The position numbers and the translations under genes were made by a program. A DNA stretch of 64,000 bases from Octopus bimaculoides. Lineage: Eukaryota. The stretch spans positions 33,423,715 to 33,487,714 of the forward strand of contig NC_068992.1 in assembly GCF_001194135.2 (NCBI RefSeq). The letters are read 5' to 3'. The notes beneath the pieces are model-generated. The model was not told the DNA's origin. It did no database searches and saw only the letters and a program-made list of their open reading frames with translations. Positions 23,638-36,708 of this stretch are shown piece after piece; position 1 is the first letter of the stretch, and every line of letters begins with the position of its first letter.

Positions 23638-25817
23638 TCTTTATATATAAGACAGAAACTGACTGTGTGTGTATGTGTGTGTGCGTGTGTGTGTGTGCAA
23701 GTGTGAAGGTTTATAACTCAAGTTCCACCTAACTGACTTGACTGAAATTTCTATTTGGTATGTTCCAAGGTATGTTTTAGTCATAACAACTGCTTGCATC
23801 AATGTTCGGTTTTCACAAAAATTCGATTGATAATTATCGATTTTTTTAAAAAGTCATTTGATTTTGATCAAACTTGACATACCTATGCATTCTTACCCAA
23901 GGTTTTTTGTTTAATTATTATTTTTTACAAATTCCATTTCGTTTGAGTACAACACAGGAAAAACTGACTCAAAAAATGCCTTTAAGGCAGGCTATAGTGC
24001 CGGAACCATTGAGCTGATTTAAACCAAACTCGCTAAACGAATGCATTTTCACCCAACAAATCTTATGTCATGGTTCATTTCATTAAATTGCACTTTGTTT
24101 GAGCACAATTCAACAAACTCACATTCGAACAAAATGCCTTTGTTGAGGTAGTTCCTGATTTGTTTTTCTCAGAACACTGACCCCATTCCTTCTCCGATGC
24201 ATAAACAATTAATCTCCACCATGGTGTGCACACACATTGTGACCCCACATGACCTCAAAATAGCCACTGCCAATAACAGTAAACATCCGGCACTGAGGCT
24301 TTCCATTGCAATAAATGAAAGCAATTTCTATGTGTAGCATGAGATAGCTAAAGCAATAACAGCCTCTGCACTGCGCAAGCTACTGGTAAGTACTTACTAC
24401 TTCCTTCATCCATTTCACTAGCAGTTGTAACCGGCGTTGCATGGGTCTTAATAAATTACCATGAAACTGCGGAAACATGAGGCCTTACACTTGAGAAAGG
24501 ACGGTTAAGGCAATAACCTTGGTAACCACTTGAATTAAATCAATACCCAAGCTGCCTTTCAAAAATTTATATTTTTGCACTGTTTACGGTTTCCGTGTAC
24601 AAGTACTTTCAGGTGAAGCTGGGCCAAACCACTGAATCACCAAACTGGTTTGATTGAAATTTCAGATATGCATTAGGTATGTTCCGGGACATGGTTTTAG
24701 TCATAACAACTGCTTCAATAAATGTTTGGTTTCCGCAAAAACTCGGTTGTAAAAATTTGATGAAGCATGTTGTTGAGGCAACCATCCTATCTGGATGCGG
24801 GAAAGGTGAGGATGTATTCATTCCCAGGATTCCCCTTACTCCCTCGGGAACAGACATACCTTTCGCCTTCAGAAGACTGCAATTCCAGCTTCACCATGTC
24901 TGTCAACAAGTCCCAGGGCCAGACTCTTTCTGTGGCCGGACTTCTCTTGGAAGAGCCTTGCTTTTCCCATGGCCAGCTGTATGTTGCATGCTCCAGAGTC
25001 CGCAGTAGAAACAGACTGTTCACATTAACACATCAGGGGAAGACAAGAACCAATGTCTAGAACAAACTGCTACATATTTGCCAGGGCTGAAGTGGGTATG
25101 TTATCGCCATGCATGCATATAACGGGGTTCACTCAAATACTTTTACTATTTTTCTCATATCAGACGCAAGCATCAGAAAAGGTCGCCTGCCTCTTGACAC
25201 TCTGTGGGTCTATGGAAGGCGTTCATGTGGTGCTCCTACGATGGCAAAGAGGTGACAATTTGATGCAGTTGCACGATAATAATGCGAAGAACCAATGTTG
25301 TCAAACAGCTGCTACAAACGGACCAGTGGAAAGGCAGGTTAGGTATCGCATATTTGAGGACATTTCTGCTGCCTTCTATATGGTCGATTACCTCAAGCAT
25401 GTTTATTCATAACATTAAAGTGACCAATTCAATGGAAACGATACCAATTTACAAAACACATGGCAGCTATGTGTTGCATGAATCTCTTGAGGGCAACATT
25501 CCAACTGTTGACCATTTACCACCTTCGACTGGGAGCAATCTAGTGCTCAAACGGTTCCCTTTTAGGAAACAGTGAAGTTGTTCAACTCATTCTCTTCCTA
25601 TATGTTTATCTGTGTGCTTCATTCTATGGCTTCATTCACAAGTGTATGGTTCTAATCTGTGCTGGGCTGAGGAGTAAGGTGTTGAAATCAGAAGAGAATT
25701 GCACTAACACGGTAGCCGAGGTAGGGCTCAAAAAGTTTTCTCATGTGTAAGGCGTCATTTTTCTGCAGTTGAATGGTAATTTATTAAGACCCGTGCAACG
25801 CCGGGTACTACTGCTAG
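23638..25817 (+). mobile_element. Non-autonomous rearranged Helitron
   Basis: A|TC 5' end (TCTTTATATATAAG followed by (GT)n); 3' hairpin ACCCG-TGCAACGC-CGGGT then CTAG|T at 25814-25817; helicase fragment inside. Confidence 0.85.
24740..25075 (+). pseudogene. Helitron PIF1-type helicase C-terminal fragment
   Basis: VEATILSGCGKGEDVFIPRIPL..PFAFRRLQF, then after a frameshift NKSQGQTL..EPCFSHGQLYVACSRV. Confidence 0.92.
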
Positions 25818-25823
25818 TATATG

Positions 25824-25889
<66 letters not shown>

Positions 25890-25917
25890 ATACACACACA
25901 TACATGTATGTATATAT

Positions 25918-26135
25918 TTCTTTTATTCTTTTATTCTTTTACTTACTTCAATCATTTGACTGTAGCCATGCTGGATCACTGCCTTTGATCAAATAAATCG
26001 ATCCCAAGACTTATTCTTTGTAAGCCTAGTACTATTTCTACTGGTCTCTTTTGCCGAACCATTAAGTTACAGGCATGTACACACACCAGCATCGGTTTTC
26101 AAGCAATGATGGTGGGGACAAACACAGACACACAA

Positions 26136-26177
<42 letters not shown>

Positions 26178-26340
26178 GATGGGCTTCTCTCAGTTTCCAT
26201 CTACCAAATCCATTCACAAGGCTTTGGTAAACCGGAGGCTATAGTAGAAGACACTTGCCTAAGGTGCCATGCAGTAAGACTGAACCCAGAACCATGCGGT
26301 CGGAAAGCAAGCTTCTTACCACACAGCCATGCCTGTGCCT
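25918..26340 (-). mobile_element. CORE-like tRNA SINE, near full length, with internal (TA)n
   Basis: Minus-strand AGGCACAGGCATGGCTGTGTGGTAAG..GGTTCAGTC..GGCACCTTAGGCAAGTGTCTTC head; body matches other copies. Confidence 0.88.
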
Positions 26341-26344
26341 ATAT

Positions 26345-27800
26345 ATACAGAGACTGGTTTGATGAAAATGATGCTGAAGTTCAGCAACTATTGTTTGTAA
26401 TGCACCATATCTACAATGTATTGTTGCACAGAGGACTTTCGGCTGTGCATCGAAATCTAGCACTTGCTTACTATAACAGTGTAAAATCACTACTGCAGCG
26501 ATCTCTCAGCAAGATGCAGAACACTAGTTGGGAGGATCTTGCTCATGATGTTCAAGCTGCTGCTGATGCAAATCACTGCAAGAAGCTTTACCATCTTACG
26601 AAGCAGGTTTATGGGCCTAAGAGGGTCTGCATCAGCTCCTTTGCATTCCAAGGACACTTCTGCTCAATTCACTAAATCAACACAAATCACAGGTCGCTGG
26701 ATTGAACACTTCTCTGAACTTTTGAACCATGAGTCATTTGTGGATAAAACAGTGATTGAAATTATGCAACAGAAGCCTATCATTGGTTCCTTAAATTCCA
26801 TGCACTCAGTAGATGAGGTAATGACAGCAATAAGTAAACTGAATCTTGGCAGGACACCTAGAAGGGATAAAGTTTGTGCTGAGGTTTTGTGATTTGGTGG
26901 TGATTACATCATACAGTCTCTTCATGAACTTATTAGTGTAGTCTGGAGGGATAGTGCAATGCCTAAGGATTGGAAGGATGCAATCATTCTTCCTCTTTAT
27001 AAAGGAAAAGGAGCCAGAATAACTTGTGGTAACCACAGAGGTATTGCTCTACTATCAACTGCTAGCAAGGTTCTGGCAAATATTCTTCTTACCTGCCTGA
27101 ACGAGTGTCTCGTAAATGGTGTCCTAACTGAATCCCAATGTGGCTTCTGATCTGGTAGAGAGACAATGGATATGATTTCCACAGCAAAACAGATGCAGGA
27201 GAGGTGCTATGAGCAGAATGTGGATCTAGTTATTCATTGATCTAACCAAGGCCTTTGATACTGTGAATATGGCCTTGCTATGGAAAATATTTGGCAAACT
27301 TGGATGTCCAGATCACTTTGTATCTATAATTAAATCATTTCATGATAGGATGGAGGTTTGGGTCAATGTTGGTCGTGGCACGATAGGACACATTCCTGTA
27401 GAGAATGGTGTCAAGCAGGGTGACATCCTTGCCCCAACTCTCTTTTCTTTGTACTTTGCTGCTGCTTTTACACATACCTTTGCTAACGTTAGCTCTCTGG
27501 GAATATATGTCAGGTGTCATTCTTCTGGCTGCCTCTTTAATCTGTGCCAATTTGCTGCCAATTCAAAAGTTTTTCAAAAGTCTCTTATTCATGACCTCCT
27601 TTATGTAGATGACTGTGACTAAGTCACTCATACAGTGGATGACGTGCAAATACTTATGAATTGCATTTCTGCTTCTTGCAAAGCATTAGCCTGAACAAGA
27701 CTGTTCTAATGTTTCAGGCTGCACCAGGAAATCCAAATGTGGAACCAACTATTTTGGCTGAAGGAACAATACTGAAAGTGGTAGAGGAGTTTGTCTATTA
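26345..27800 (+). mobile_element. RTE-BovB-like LINE ORF2 fragment
   Basis: DWFDEND, RWIEHFSELLN, PKDWKDAIILPLYKGKG..NHRGIALLS, ESQCGF, TKAFDTV, GVKQGDILAPTLFSLYF, LLYVDDC; stops and frameshifts. Confidence 0.92.
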
Positions 27801-27802
27801 TT

Positions 27803-28064
27803 GAATGAGAGAGCAGTGCATGCCATCAAAGTGACACTGGGGTACAAATATATGAAGCCCAATATACCCATCATGACTACCCATCTGATAAGGGTTCAAC
27901 AGACACATGCATCACAATCATATGTGCACGACATGTTGATATCAAGATAAAGAGCACATCACATTGCAGGTAGGGCCCTGTTAGAATTTTCTTGAGGTCG
28001 AGTAACCCATTCCACTCAAAAGGTCCCTGAATAAGGCTTTTTTAAGGATGTTGAACAAAACACC
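27803..28064. repeat. Family B repeat, partial
   Basis: Homologous to 280-545. Confidence 0.85.
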
Positions 28065-28145
28065 TTTTGAATAACAAAGAAAAACAAAAGAAATTCATTT
28101 AAGTGCATCATGCTTTCAATAATGCCGTGAATTGAATGAACGACA

Positions 28146-29012
28146 GGGTACCCAAAAGTAACTGGAAACGTTCTGTATGAGACAAGTCCGCTGCAGTTAA
28201 GGCTTCCACCACTAGAAGCCACGAGATGCAACCCTTAATTATAAGTCTGCCGACCAGCAACATATGTTGAGGTCACACAGTGCACCTTTCTTTTGCAATG
28301 CTTCTCCCCTGTTCATCGATTTTCGCGATGACTGAAACAAAGAAACAGCATGCTTCCATGATATTCTTATTTTTGGCTGGGGAAAACAGGAATTCAAACA
28401 GTTGTCATGCTTCAAACAGCTTACAAGGACGCTGCCATGAGCAAAACACAAGTTTACAAGTGGTTTTCATGCTTTAGGAATGGTCACTTATTGCATGAAG
28501 ACCAACCCCATTCAGAGTGACTGTCAACCTCCCAAACAAATGAAAACATTGTGAAAATTCATGAACTGATCTTGGAGGACCATCACCAAACAATCGACAA
28601 ACTTTTTAATATAACTAGTGTGTTTTAGAAATTCTGTCAATGAATTTTGAGCGAAGAATTGCAAATGAAAAGAGTTGCAGTAAAATTCTGCCTCACTCAT
28701 GGAAGATCAAAAACAGTCACAATTGGATGCATGTCATGAACTGAAAGAAAAATTGGAAGTTGATCCAAGCCTTTTTTCGAAGGTCATCATTGGTGATGAA
28801 AGCTGCTGCTATGGAATTTGAAGATTTGGAAGAGGTGAAGAAAAAGACCGACAAAGGCATCACTTTGCAAAGGTTCCAGCACTGCTTTGAACAGTGGAAA
28901 ACATATCTGGAGCAATGCATTGGTTCAAATACTTTGAAGGTGATCAAAGTGTAAACATGTAAAACTAAGTGAATAAAATAATATTGCAGAATTCTGGTTT
29001 CTTTTGGGTAGC
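28146..29012 (+). mobile_element. Mariner-like element, internally deleted
   Basis: Imperfect TIRs GGGTACCCAAAAGTAACTGGAA / TTCTGGTTTCTTTTGGGTAGC; MLQTAYKDAAMSKTQVYKWFSCFRNG, MKRVAVK, IIGDES, then a jump to FQHCFEQWK. Confidence 0.85.
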
Positions 29013-29482
29013 ATTGCATTAGTTACTTCAGAGACAGATGAAATGAAATCACTTCAGAAGTGATCACAAGAGCCTCAGATACCATATATCTCAGGTAATT
29101 TCATTTTGTCTAGCCCTGATATATATAAAATGTTTTTAACACAATACATCTTTAAAGGGATCTTTTCTGGATGAACATCCCCATTTTCTGGTATTAAACA
29201 TATGTTCAATAAATATGTTGCATTGATATTTACACTATAGAGTTGCTTATATTGCATTATCTCAATTCAAGTAATATTGTACTACTTCAGTCATTTCGAC
29301 TTTGGAAATATGATAGGGTGGTAATCTTTTACAATGCAATGAGTAATATCCCATTTTAAAGTATTGCTGAAGCTTACGTACTGAACAAAGGTAATTAAAT
29401 TAATCTGTTCTGTTTTCTTCAGATATTTATTTAATCATTACATACATGCATCTCTCTCTCTCATTCTCTCTCTCTCTCTCCT

Positions 29483-29547
<65 letters not shown>

Positions 29548-29757
29548 TGTAAGTTCCTTTATAGAAAACATTCTTGAGTATGCATATAAAAGTTCCTATC
29601 TTTATATGCTGGCTACAGCCTTATGATACCAATGAGCAATAGCAGTTTTATAGGCTTGTACTGAGCTGTGCCAATATAATACTGGATAAATATAGTAATA
29701 ATAATAATAATAATAATAATGATGATTATGATGATGATGATGATGATGATGATGATA

Positions 29758-30289
29758 AATATCCTGATGCAGTACCAGACACTGGCTCTCATGGCTTCTG
29801 ATTTTAACTGATTGAAAGTATTATCATGTACATGTACTGTCTTGGTATAAAAAAAATGGGCTACAGCAAGTATTCTGCTCAATACCACAAATTTGCTTGT
29901 CAGTTGTTTGACCTTAACCAGTTGAACTTGTCCCTTGGTGGTTGACGATATGTGCATCTTTGATCATGAGCAGAAGTAGTAGCCATGTGTTGAGCGGAAT
30001 TCTTCAGGACTTGAATAACTCACTTCTGAAAGCCTAAGTGTTTTGTTCAACATCCTTAAAAAAGCCTTATTCAGGGACCTTTTGAGCTACTCGACCTGAA
30101 GAAAATTCTAACAGGGCCCTACCTGCAAGGTGATGTGCTCTTTATCTTGATATCAACATGCCGTGCACATATGATTGTGATGCATGTGTCTGTTGTACCC
30201 TTATCAGATGGGTAGTCATGATAGGTATATTGGGCTTCATATATTTGTTCTCCATAGTCACTTTGATGGCATGCACTGCTCTCTCACTC
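29758..30289. repeat. Family B repeat, full length, inverted relative to 280-817
   Basis: Reverse complement of 280-817; flanked by (AAT/GAT)n and (AAT)n(AAG)n. Confidence 0.88.
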
Positions 30290-30460
<171 letters not shown>

Positions 30461-30734
30461 AATCTGTGGTTGGAATGTAAAAACATTTTAATGTATTACT
30501 ATGCACTTTTCCACCTATCACATTTTTCTTATGATCATTGTGTATATTCCTGGGATGATCACATTACTGTCCATAATATCCAGTGACATCTATGGATATA
30601 TCCCAGGAATACAAACCATGATGATTGTAAGAAACATGTGATTTATGGCAAATGCACATTGCAATGCATTAAAATATTTATAAATTCCATCCATGAATTA
30701 TTATCATTATTGTCAGTTTTACTACATTTACATT

Positions 30735-30771
<37 letters not shown>

Positions 30772-30777
<6 letters not shown>

Positions 30778-31998
30778 AAGGAGTAGGTAGTAACTCTATA
30801 AGATGTACCCAGTGCAATCTATGGACATATAAGAGGTGCAGCAATATCAAAGGAAGGCTAACTAGGAAGTTAGCTTTTGTATGTGGTAGATGTTCAGGTG
30901 CAATAAACATTGTAAACAAACAGGAAACAACTTCTGTCTCATTCCAGGGAGAAAAACTAGAGGTAGTTGATAGCTTCCGCTATCTGGGTGACCAAGTTAG
31001 TAGTGGGGGTGGGTGCGCTGAAAGTGTAGCTGCTAGAATAAGAATAGCCTGGGCAAAGTTCAGAGAGCCCTTACCTGTGCTGGCAACAAAGGGACTCTCA
31101 CTCAGAGTAAAAGGCAGACTGTATGACGCATGTGTACGAACAGCCATGCTACGTGGCAGTGAAACATGGGCTGTGACTGCTGAGGACATGCGTAAGCTCG
31201 CAAGGAATGAAGCCAGAATGCTCCAATGGATGTGTAATGTCAGTGTGCATACCCGACAGAGTGTAAGTATCTTGAGAGAAAAGCTGAACATAAGAAGCAT
31301 CAGATGTGGTGTGCAAGAGAGACGATTGTGCTAGTATGGACATGTGGTGAGAATGGACGAGGATAGCTGAGCGAAAAAGTGCCACAACCTAACAGTTGAG
31401 GGAACTCGTGGAAGAGGTAGGCCCAGGAAGACCTGGGCTGAGGTGGTGAGGCAAGACCTTCAAACATTGGGCCTCACCAAGGTGATGACTTCTGACCGGG
31501 ACCTTTGGAAATGTGCTGTGCTTGAGAAGACCCGGCAAGCCAAGTGAGACCTAAATCCAAGGCCTCTGCCAGGGGTGTAGCCAGCCCACTCATGCGTACC
31601 TTTCCTACGTTGGACACAAAACTCAGCCTGCGAAGATTTATTGGGGCAAGCGAATAGCGAAATCGGGATAGCACCTGTGCCCAGCGTCGCCTTCCTGGCA
31701 CTTGTGCCCGTAACATGTGTAAGGAGTTTTGAGTGAGATCGTTACTAGTGCCCCTGGACTGGCTCTTGTGCAGGTGGCACATAAAATACACCATTTTGAG
31801 CGTGGCCTTTATGCGGGTGACACGTAAAAGCACCCACTACACTCTCTGAGTGGTTGCCGTTAGGAAGGGCTTCCATCTGTAGAAACTCTGCCAAATCAGA
31901 TTGGAGGCTGGTGTTGCCATCGAGTTTCACCAGTCCTCAGTCAAATCGTCCAACCCATGCTAGCATGGAAAGCGGACGTTAAACGATCATGATGATGA
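30772..31998 (+). mobile_element. RTE LINE, 5'-truncated, relatively young
   Basis: Long open ORF2 segment RKGVGSNSIRCTQC..LEVVDSFRYLG..ARIRIAWAKFRE..GRLYDACVRTAML..GRPRKTW; 3'UTR and (GAT)n tail. Confidence 0.95.
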
Positions 31999-32794
31999 TA
32001 TATATATATGTATACATGCATATATATATATACATGCATAAATGTATGTTTATTTTTTTCAATGTGTACAAATAACATGGAAAAAAAAACAAATAATAGT
32101 TACCAAGGTAACAAAATTTCACATAAGAGCCAAGGATATCACAGCCTACTTATAAAGGTAGAAATTCCAGGGTTAAGTGAAATGCTTTTGTATAACATAG
32201 ATAAATTAAGAAATGGAGTCAAATGCAGGTGCTATTCAAATCTTTATACTTCCGACATATATTTTGAAGAAAACATTGATATTATTCCGGAAGGAAGAAA
32301 ATGATGTAAAACAATGCAATCATCTCGTCGGGGAAAAAACAAAGAAACAAAACACATCAGTAAGCCATTTTAACCGAATGTGATTACTGCATATATGATG
32401 AAGGGGAATACTGGCAAGTTATTTTTTAAAAAACCATTAATAGATCTAAGGTCAAAAGCAGTTTAGAGAAAGAGAAAGAGGAGAAAGAAAGCAATTAACA
32501 GAAAATTAAGAGTGGAGAAATATAGTGTGATAGATGAATGAGAATAAAGCTTAAAAGCGTAGAAATAGATATATGTAGTGGATATTAAATATAAGAAAGC
32601 AGTTAAAGGTCGAATTTTATAGATTGGTAGAAATTACTTGCAGGAACTAAAGGTATGTTTTTGCCAATGTTTACAACAATAAACACGTTCTTTAAGCATG
32701 TTTACAAGAGAATTCTCTGAGAACAAGATGAGAAATTGTTCTTCGTTACAGAAAATGCATAACTTCGTAAACAGGTCCAAGAAAGTCAATTGGT

Positions 32795-33532
32795 CCCAGA
32801 AAGTCAATAAGAACCATTGCAAAGGACCTCAAGGTTTCAGAATGCACCCTTGGAAGAGTTGTGCATGACGAGATCTGGTATAAGTCGAATGCAATGTGGA
32901 GGAGCTAGTTTATGCTGAATGTCACAAGAGAGAATTGTTTGATCCCTGTAAAGTACTTGCTAAACAAGTTAAAACACAAAACACCAAGAGAAAAACCTCT
33001 ATCAAGACCAAAATGTAAACTGAAGAAATGACAGTGGTTATGCAGAGACTTGAATAAGATTTCCATGGTCATACATACTAGGCTCCCAGCAACTGTGATG
33101 GTTCTGGGAGTCATCAGCAATGAGGTAGATGTCATTCCACCACATCTTTTTTTTACTTAAGAGTCAATACCACTGTCTGCACGGGAATACTGGAGAAAAT
33201 TGTGGGGCCCTGGATAGTCAGAGTATGCAACAGAAGACCATACATCTTCCAACAAGACTTTGTGCCATCTCATAAGGCTAGGACAGCTCAAATGTAGATG
33301 TGTGCCAATCTCTATGATCATGTTCTTACAGTCACATGGACCCCTAGCTCACCAGATCTCAATCCACGGGACATAGTTCAGAGAGATGTTAATGAAATCT
33401 ACCCACATCATAACACCATGCAGTCTCTCAAGTCTGCCTTAACCAGCACTATGTCCAAATTTGATAAAGACTTTCTGATTAAAGCATGTCAGCTTCTGAT
33501 CCTGTATTCAAACAGCCATTGGATTCATTGCA
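32795..33532 (+). pseudogene. maT/DD37D-like Tc1-mariner transposase remnant
   Basis: RTIAKDLKVSE, PATVMVLGVISNEVDVIPPH, RPYIFQQDFVPSHKA, WTPSSPDLNP, HNTMQSLKSA; TIRs not located. Confidence 0.8.
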
Positions 33533-33667
33533 TAGGTGTCATAAAAGGATTCTCAAGATTATTTGTACCAATTTGTTTTCAAATACAGCATTTTCCATTT
33601 TGATGACCTATGCATCCTTTTTCTAAATTCAAACAAATGACATCAGTCAGAACACTGACACTCCCTA

Positions 33668-34214
33668 NNNNNNNNNNNNNNNNNNNNNNNNNNNNNNNNN
33701 NNNNNNNNNNNNNNNNNNNNNNNNNNNNNNNNNNNNNNNNNNNNNNNNNNNNNNNNNNNNNNNNNNNNNNNNNNNNNNNNNNNNNNNNNNNNNNNNNNNN
33801 NNNNNNNNNNNNNNNNNNNNNNNNNNNNNNNNNNNNNNNNNNNNNNNNNNNNNNNNNNNNNNNNNNNNNNNNNNNNNNNNNNNNNNNNNNNNNNNNNNNN
33901 NNNNNNNNNNNNNNNNNNNNNNNNNNNNNNNNNNNNNNNNNNNNNNNNNNNNNNNNNNNNNNNNNNNNNNNNNNNNNNNNNNNNNNNNNNNNNNNNNNNN
34001 NNNNNNNNNNNNNNNNNNNNNNNNNNNNNNNNNNNNNNNNNNNNNNNNNNNNNNNNNNNNNNNNNNNNNNNNNNNNNNNNNNNNNNNNNNNNNNNNNNNN
34101 NNNNNNNNNNNNNNNNNNNNNNNNNNNNNNNNNNNNNNNNNNNNNNNNNNNNNNNNNNNNNNNNNNNNNNNNNNNNNNNNNNNNNNNNNNNNNNNNNNNN
34201 NNNNNNNNNNNNNN
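33668..34214. other. Assembly gap
   Basis: Run of N. Confidence 1.
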
Positions 34215-34275
34215 TAAGTGCCTTCTACTATAGCCTCGAGTGGATTTGGTAGACAGAAACTGAAAAGAAGCCCAT

Positions 34276-34322
<47 letters not shown>

Positions 34323-34520
34323 ATATATTTGTGTGGGTGTCTGTGTTTGTCCACCCACCATTGCTTGACAACCAATGTTGGTGTGTTTATGTCCCTGAAA
34401 CTTAGCAGTCCAGCAAAAGAGACTGATAAAATAAGTACAAAGAATAAGACCTGGGGTCGATTTCTTCGACTAAAGGTGGTGCTCCAGCATGGCCACAGTC
34501 ATATGACTGAAACATGTAAA
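34215..34520 (+). mobile_element. CORE-like SINE (5' end in gap)
   Basis: AAGTGCCTTCTACTATAGCC..GGTAGACAGAAACTGAAAAGAAGCCC..(TA)n..GGCCACAGTC. Confidence 0.85.
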
Positions 34521-35003
34521 TGAGTAATACACATACACTCACACACACACGCAGACATGCGTACATGTACATGCGCACTCACACACACACACACACACAC
34601 ACGTATTGTTTGAAACAATGTTCATAACACCCAACTTGCAGTCTCTTAATCCCACAGCTACTTTATACAGGAAAATCAAAGACTTTTGACAGAAATTATT
34701 TAATTAGATTATTTAAAGTGAAATTTATCTTCTCTACAGAATCTTCATTATAATTATTTTACATATTAGTACCAAAAGATATCATATTGAGAAAGTTTGG
34801 GTAGCTATTCCCTCCATCTTAACAAGACGAATACAATGATTGAGGTAAACTACCTACAGATACCATTCATATAAAGCACAATAGCTGAGCAACTGCTAAA
34901 TTACCTAAAGAAGTAAGAAAAAAATTTGAGTATTCAGAATTGCTGTTTCAATGGCAAAATGAAATTATAAGCTCAATTGATAATGCAAATTAAATTTTTA
35001 TTT

Positions 35004-35200
35004 GGCAAGCTGGCAGCACCATTAGCAAGCTGGGCAAAATGCTTAGTGGCATTTTGTTCTGAGTTCAAATTCTGCCATGGTCAACTTTGCTTTTCATTCA
35101 TTCGGGGTTGATGACATAAATACCAGTCAAGTACTGGGATTGATGTAATTGACTACCCACTCCCCTAAAATTGCTGGCCTTATGCCAAAATTTGAAACCA
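35004..35200 (+). repeat. Family A SINE-like copy
   Basis: GGCAAGCTGGCAG..GTTCTGAGTTCAAATTCTG..TTCGGGGTTGAT..AAATACCAGTC. Confidence 0.8.
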
Positions 35201-36645
35201 ATAATGTGAATTAAGTTTTATTAAGGATAAAGGCTGACAACTCCAAAGTACTAAATTACACATTTGCTGCACCTCTATAATAAAGCTTTTCTATCAACAG
35301 ATATGGAAAATACAAGAAAATTCTATCTATCTCTGTTTTGAAGAGGTCTAATAACACTAAAACATGTCCAAACTTTTCTGGATAATTAGGTCTGAGAATT
35401 ACTTCAATGTAATGCATTGGTTAGTTGTTTAAAAATTTTCCATGAGGTAAAATAACAATCTACACGAGTTACTTTTTGCAACAATATAGTTGAAGGAGGA
35501 ATTATTTTGAAGTTCAGCTACAGGCATGTATTTGCAGTATATGACTAGAGAAAAAAATGTTTACAACAAATAAAATGCATGAAGTTACCGTGACATAACT
35601 GATTATTTACAATGGTAATGACTAATTAACTGATAATACAATATGATTTGAGGCAGAGATATTCAAATTGATATGGAGAAAGATTCCTATGGAAGATTCC
35701 ATGAGAGATTCAATAAAGGAATAAATATTGCTTGATTGCATTCATAACATTTATGACCAATATTAAATCTTTCCTTTCAGAATGGTTATACTTTGATCAC
35801 ACTATCAGCCTCATGTTTTCATCAGAACCAGTATTTGATTTGTATATTCTTCAATCATTTTCAAATGCCACTTAATTACATATTTAGCTTGGCTGGTTTA
35901 GAACTCATGAACATTTATTCTACATTCCCTTTTGCATTATCTAATTTAAACAGGAAAGATATTGCGTCTATCTTTAAGACTTTTATCAAATGGTAAAATT
36001 ATATTCTCTATTACGAGCCATCAAGTCAGGGTTTGGATTGCTGCCAAATGCAATCTAATGGAAAAACATTCATTTCTTCCTGTCAGTCTACTTTTCTTTC
36101 ACAGAAATTTCAAATTACTTAAATAATCCTAAAGGGGAACTGGAAGACTGATATTTAGCTCATGTTTTAATGATATAAAGCAGTTGAGGTATAGAGAGTG
36201 ACCTCCAGAAAAAAAAGCACAACACAAAGAAAAACAGCAGCCTATCTCAGGCAGCATTCACAGATCTGGCACATCTTCCTGATAGTTATTTCAAGTTTAT
36301 AGAAGGAAGTGTACAACTTAAATACAAAATACTACACTCACAAAAGATTTCATGTTAAAACTTTTCAGCTGGAAGTCTGCTACCATATACACTTGGCTAT
36401 TTTGCATAACTGGTTGCAATATTGCTTTAGAAATTCTTGTAGAAACACATTTTTTAAGGAGAAATTTATTACAAAAGGTACAGAAATATTTGTTACTCAG
36501 TTTAGTTTTTAACATAAAAGAGAATTTTCTTTTTATTTATATATTATATGCTGCAAAAATGGTTGCCTGTGTACAAATCTACAAGAGCAGAACTTGGCAT
36601 CTAGGAAGAGAATGTCAGTGAAAGAGAAGATACATATATATGTAT

Positions 36646-36708
<63 letters not shown>

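Noticed and set aside
33579-34375. 200-390 aa ORFs here and at 51544-52710
   Set aside because: Artefacts of reading through N gaps.
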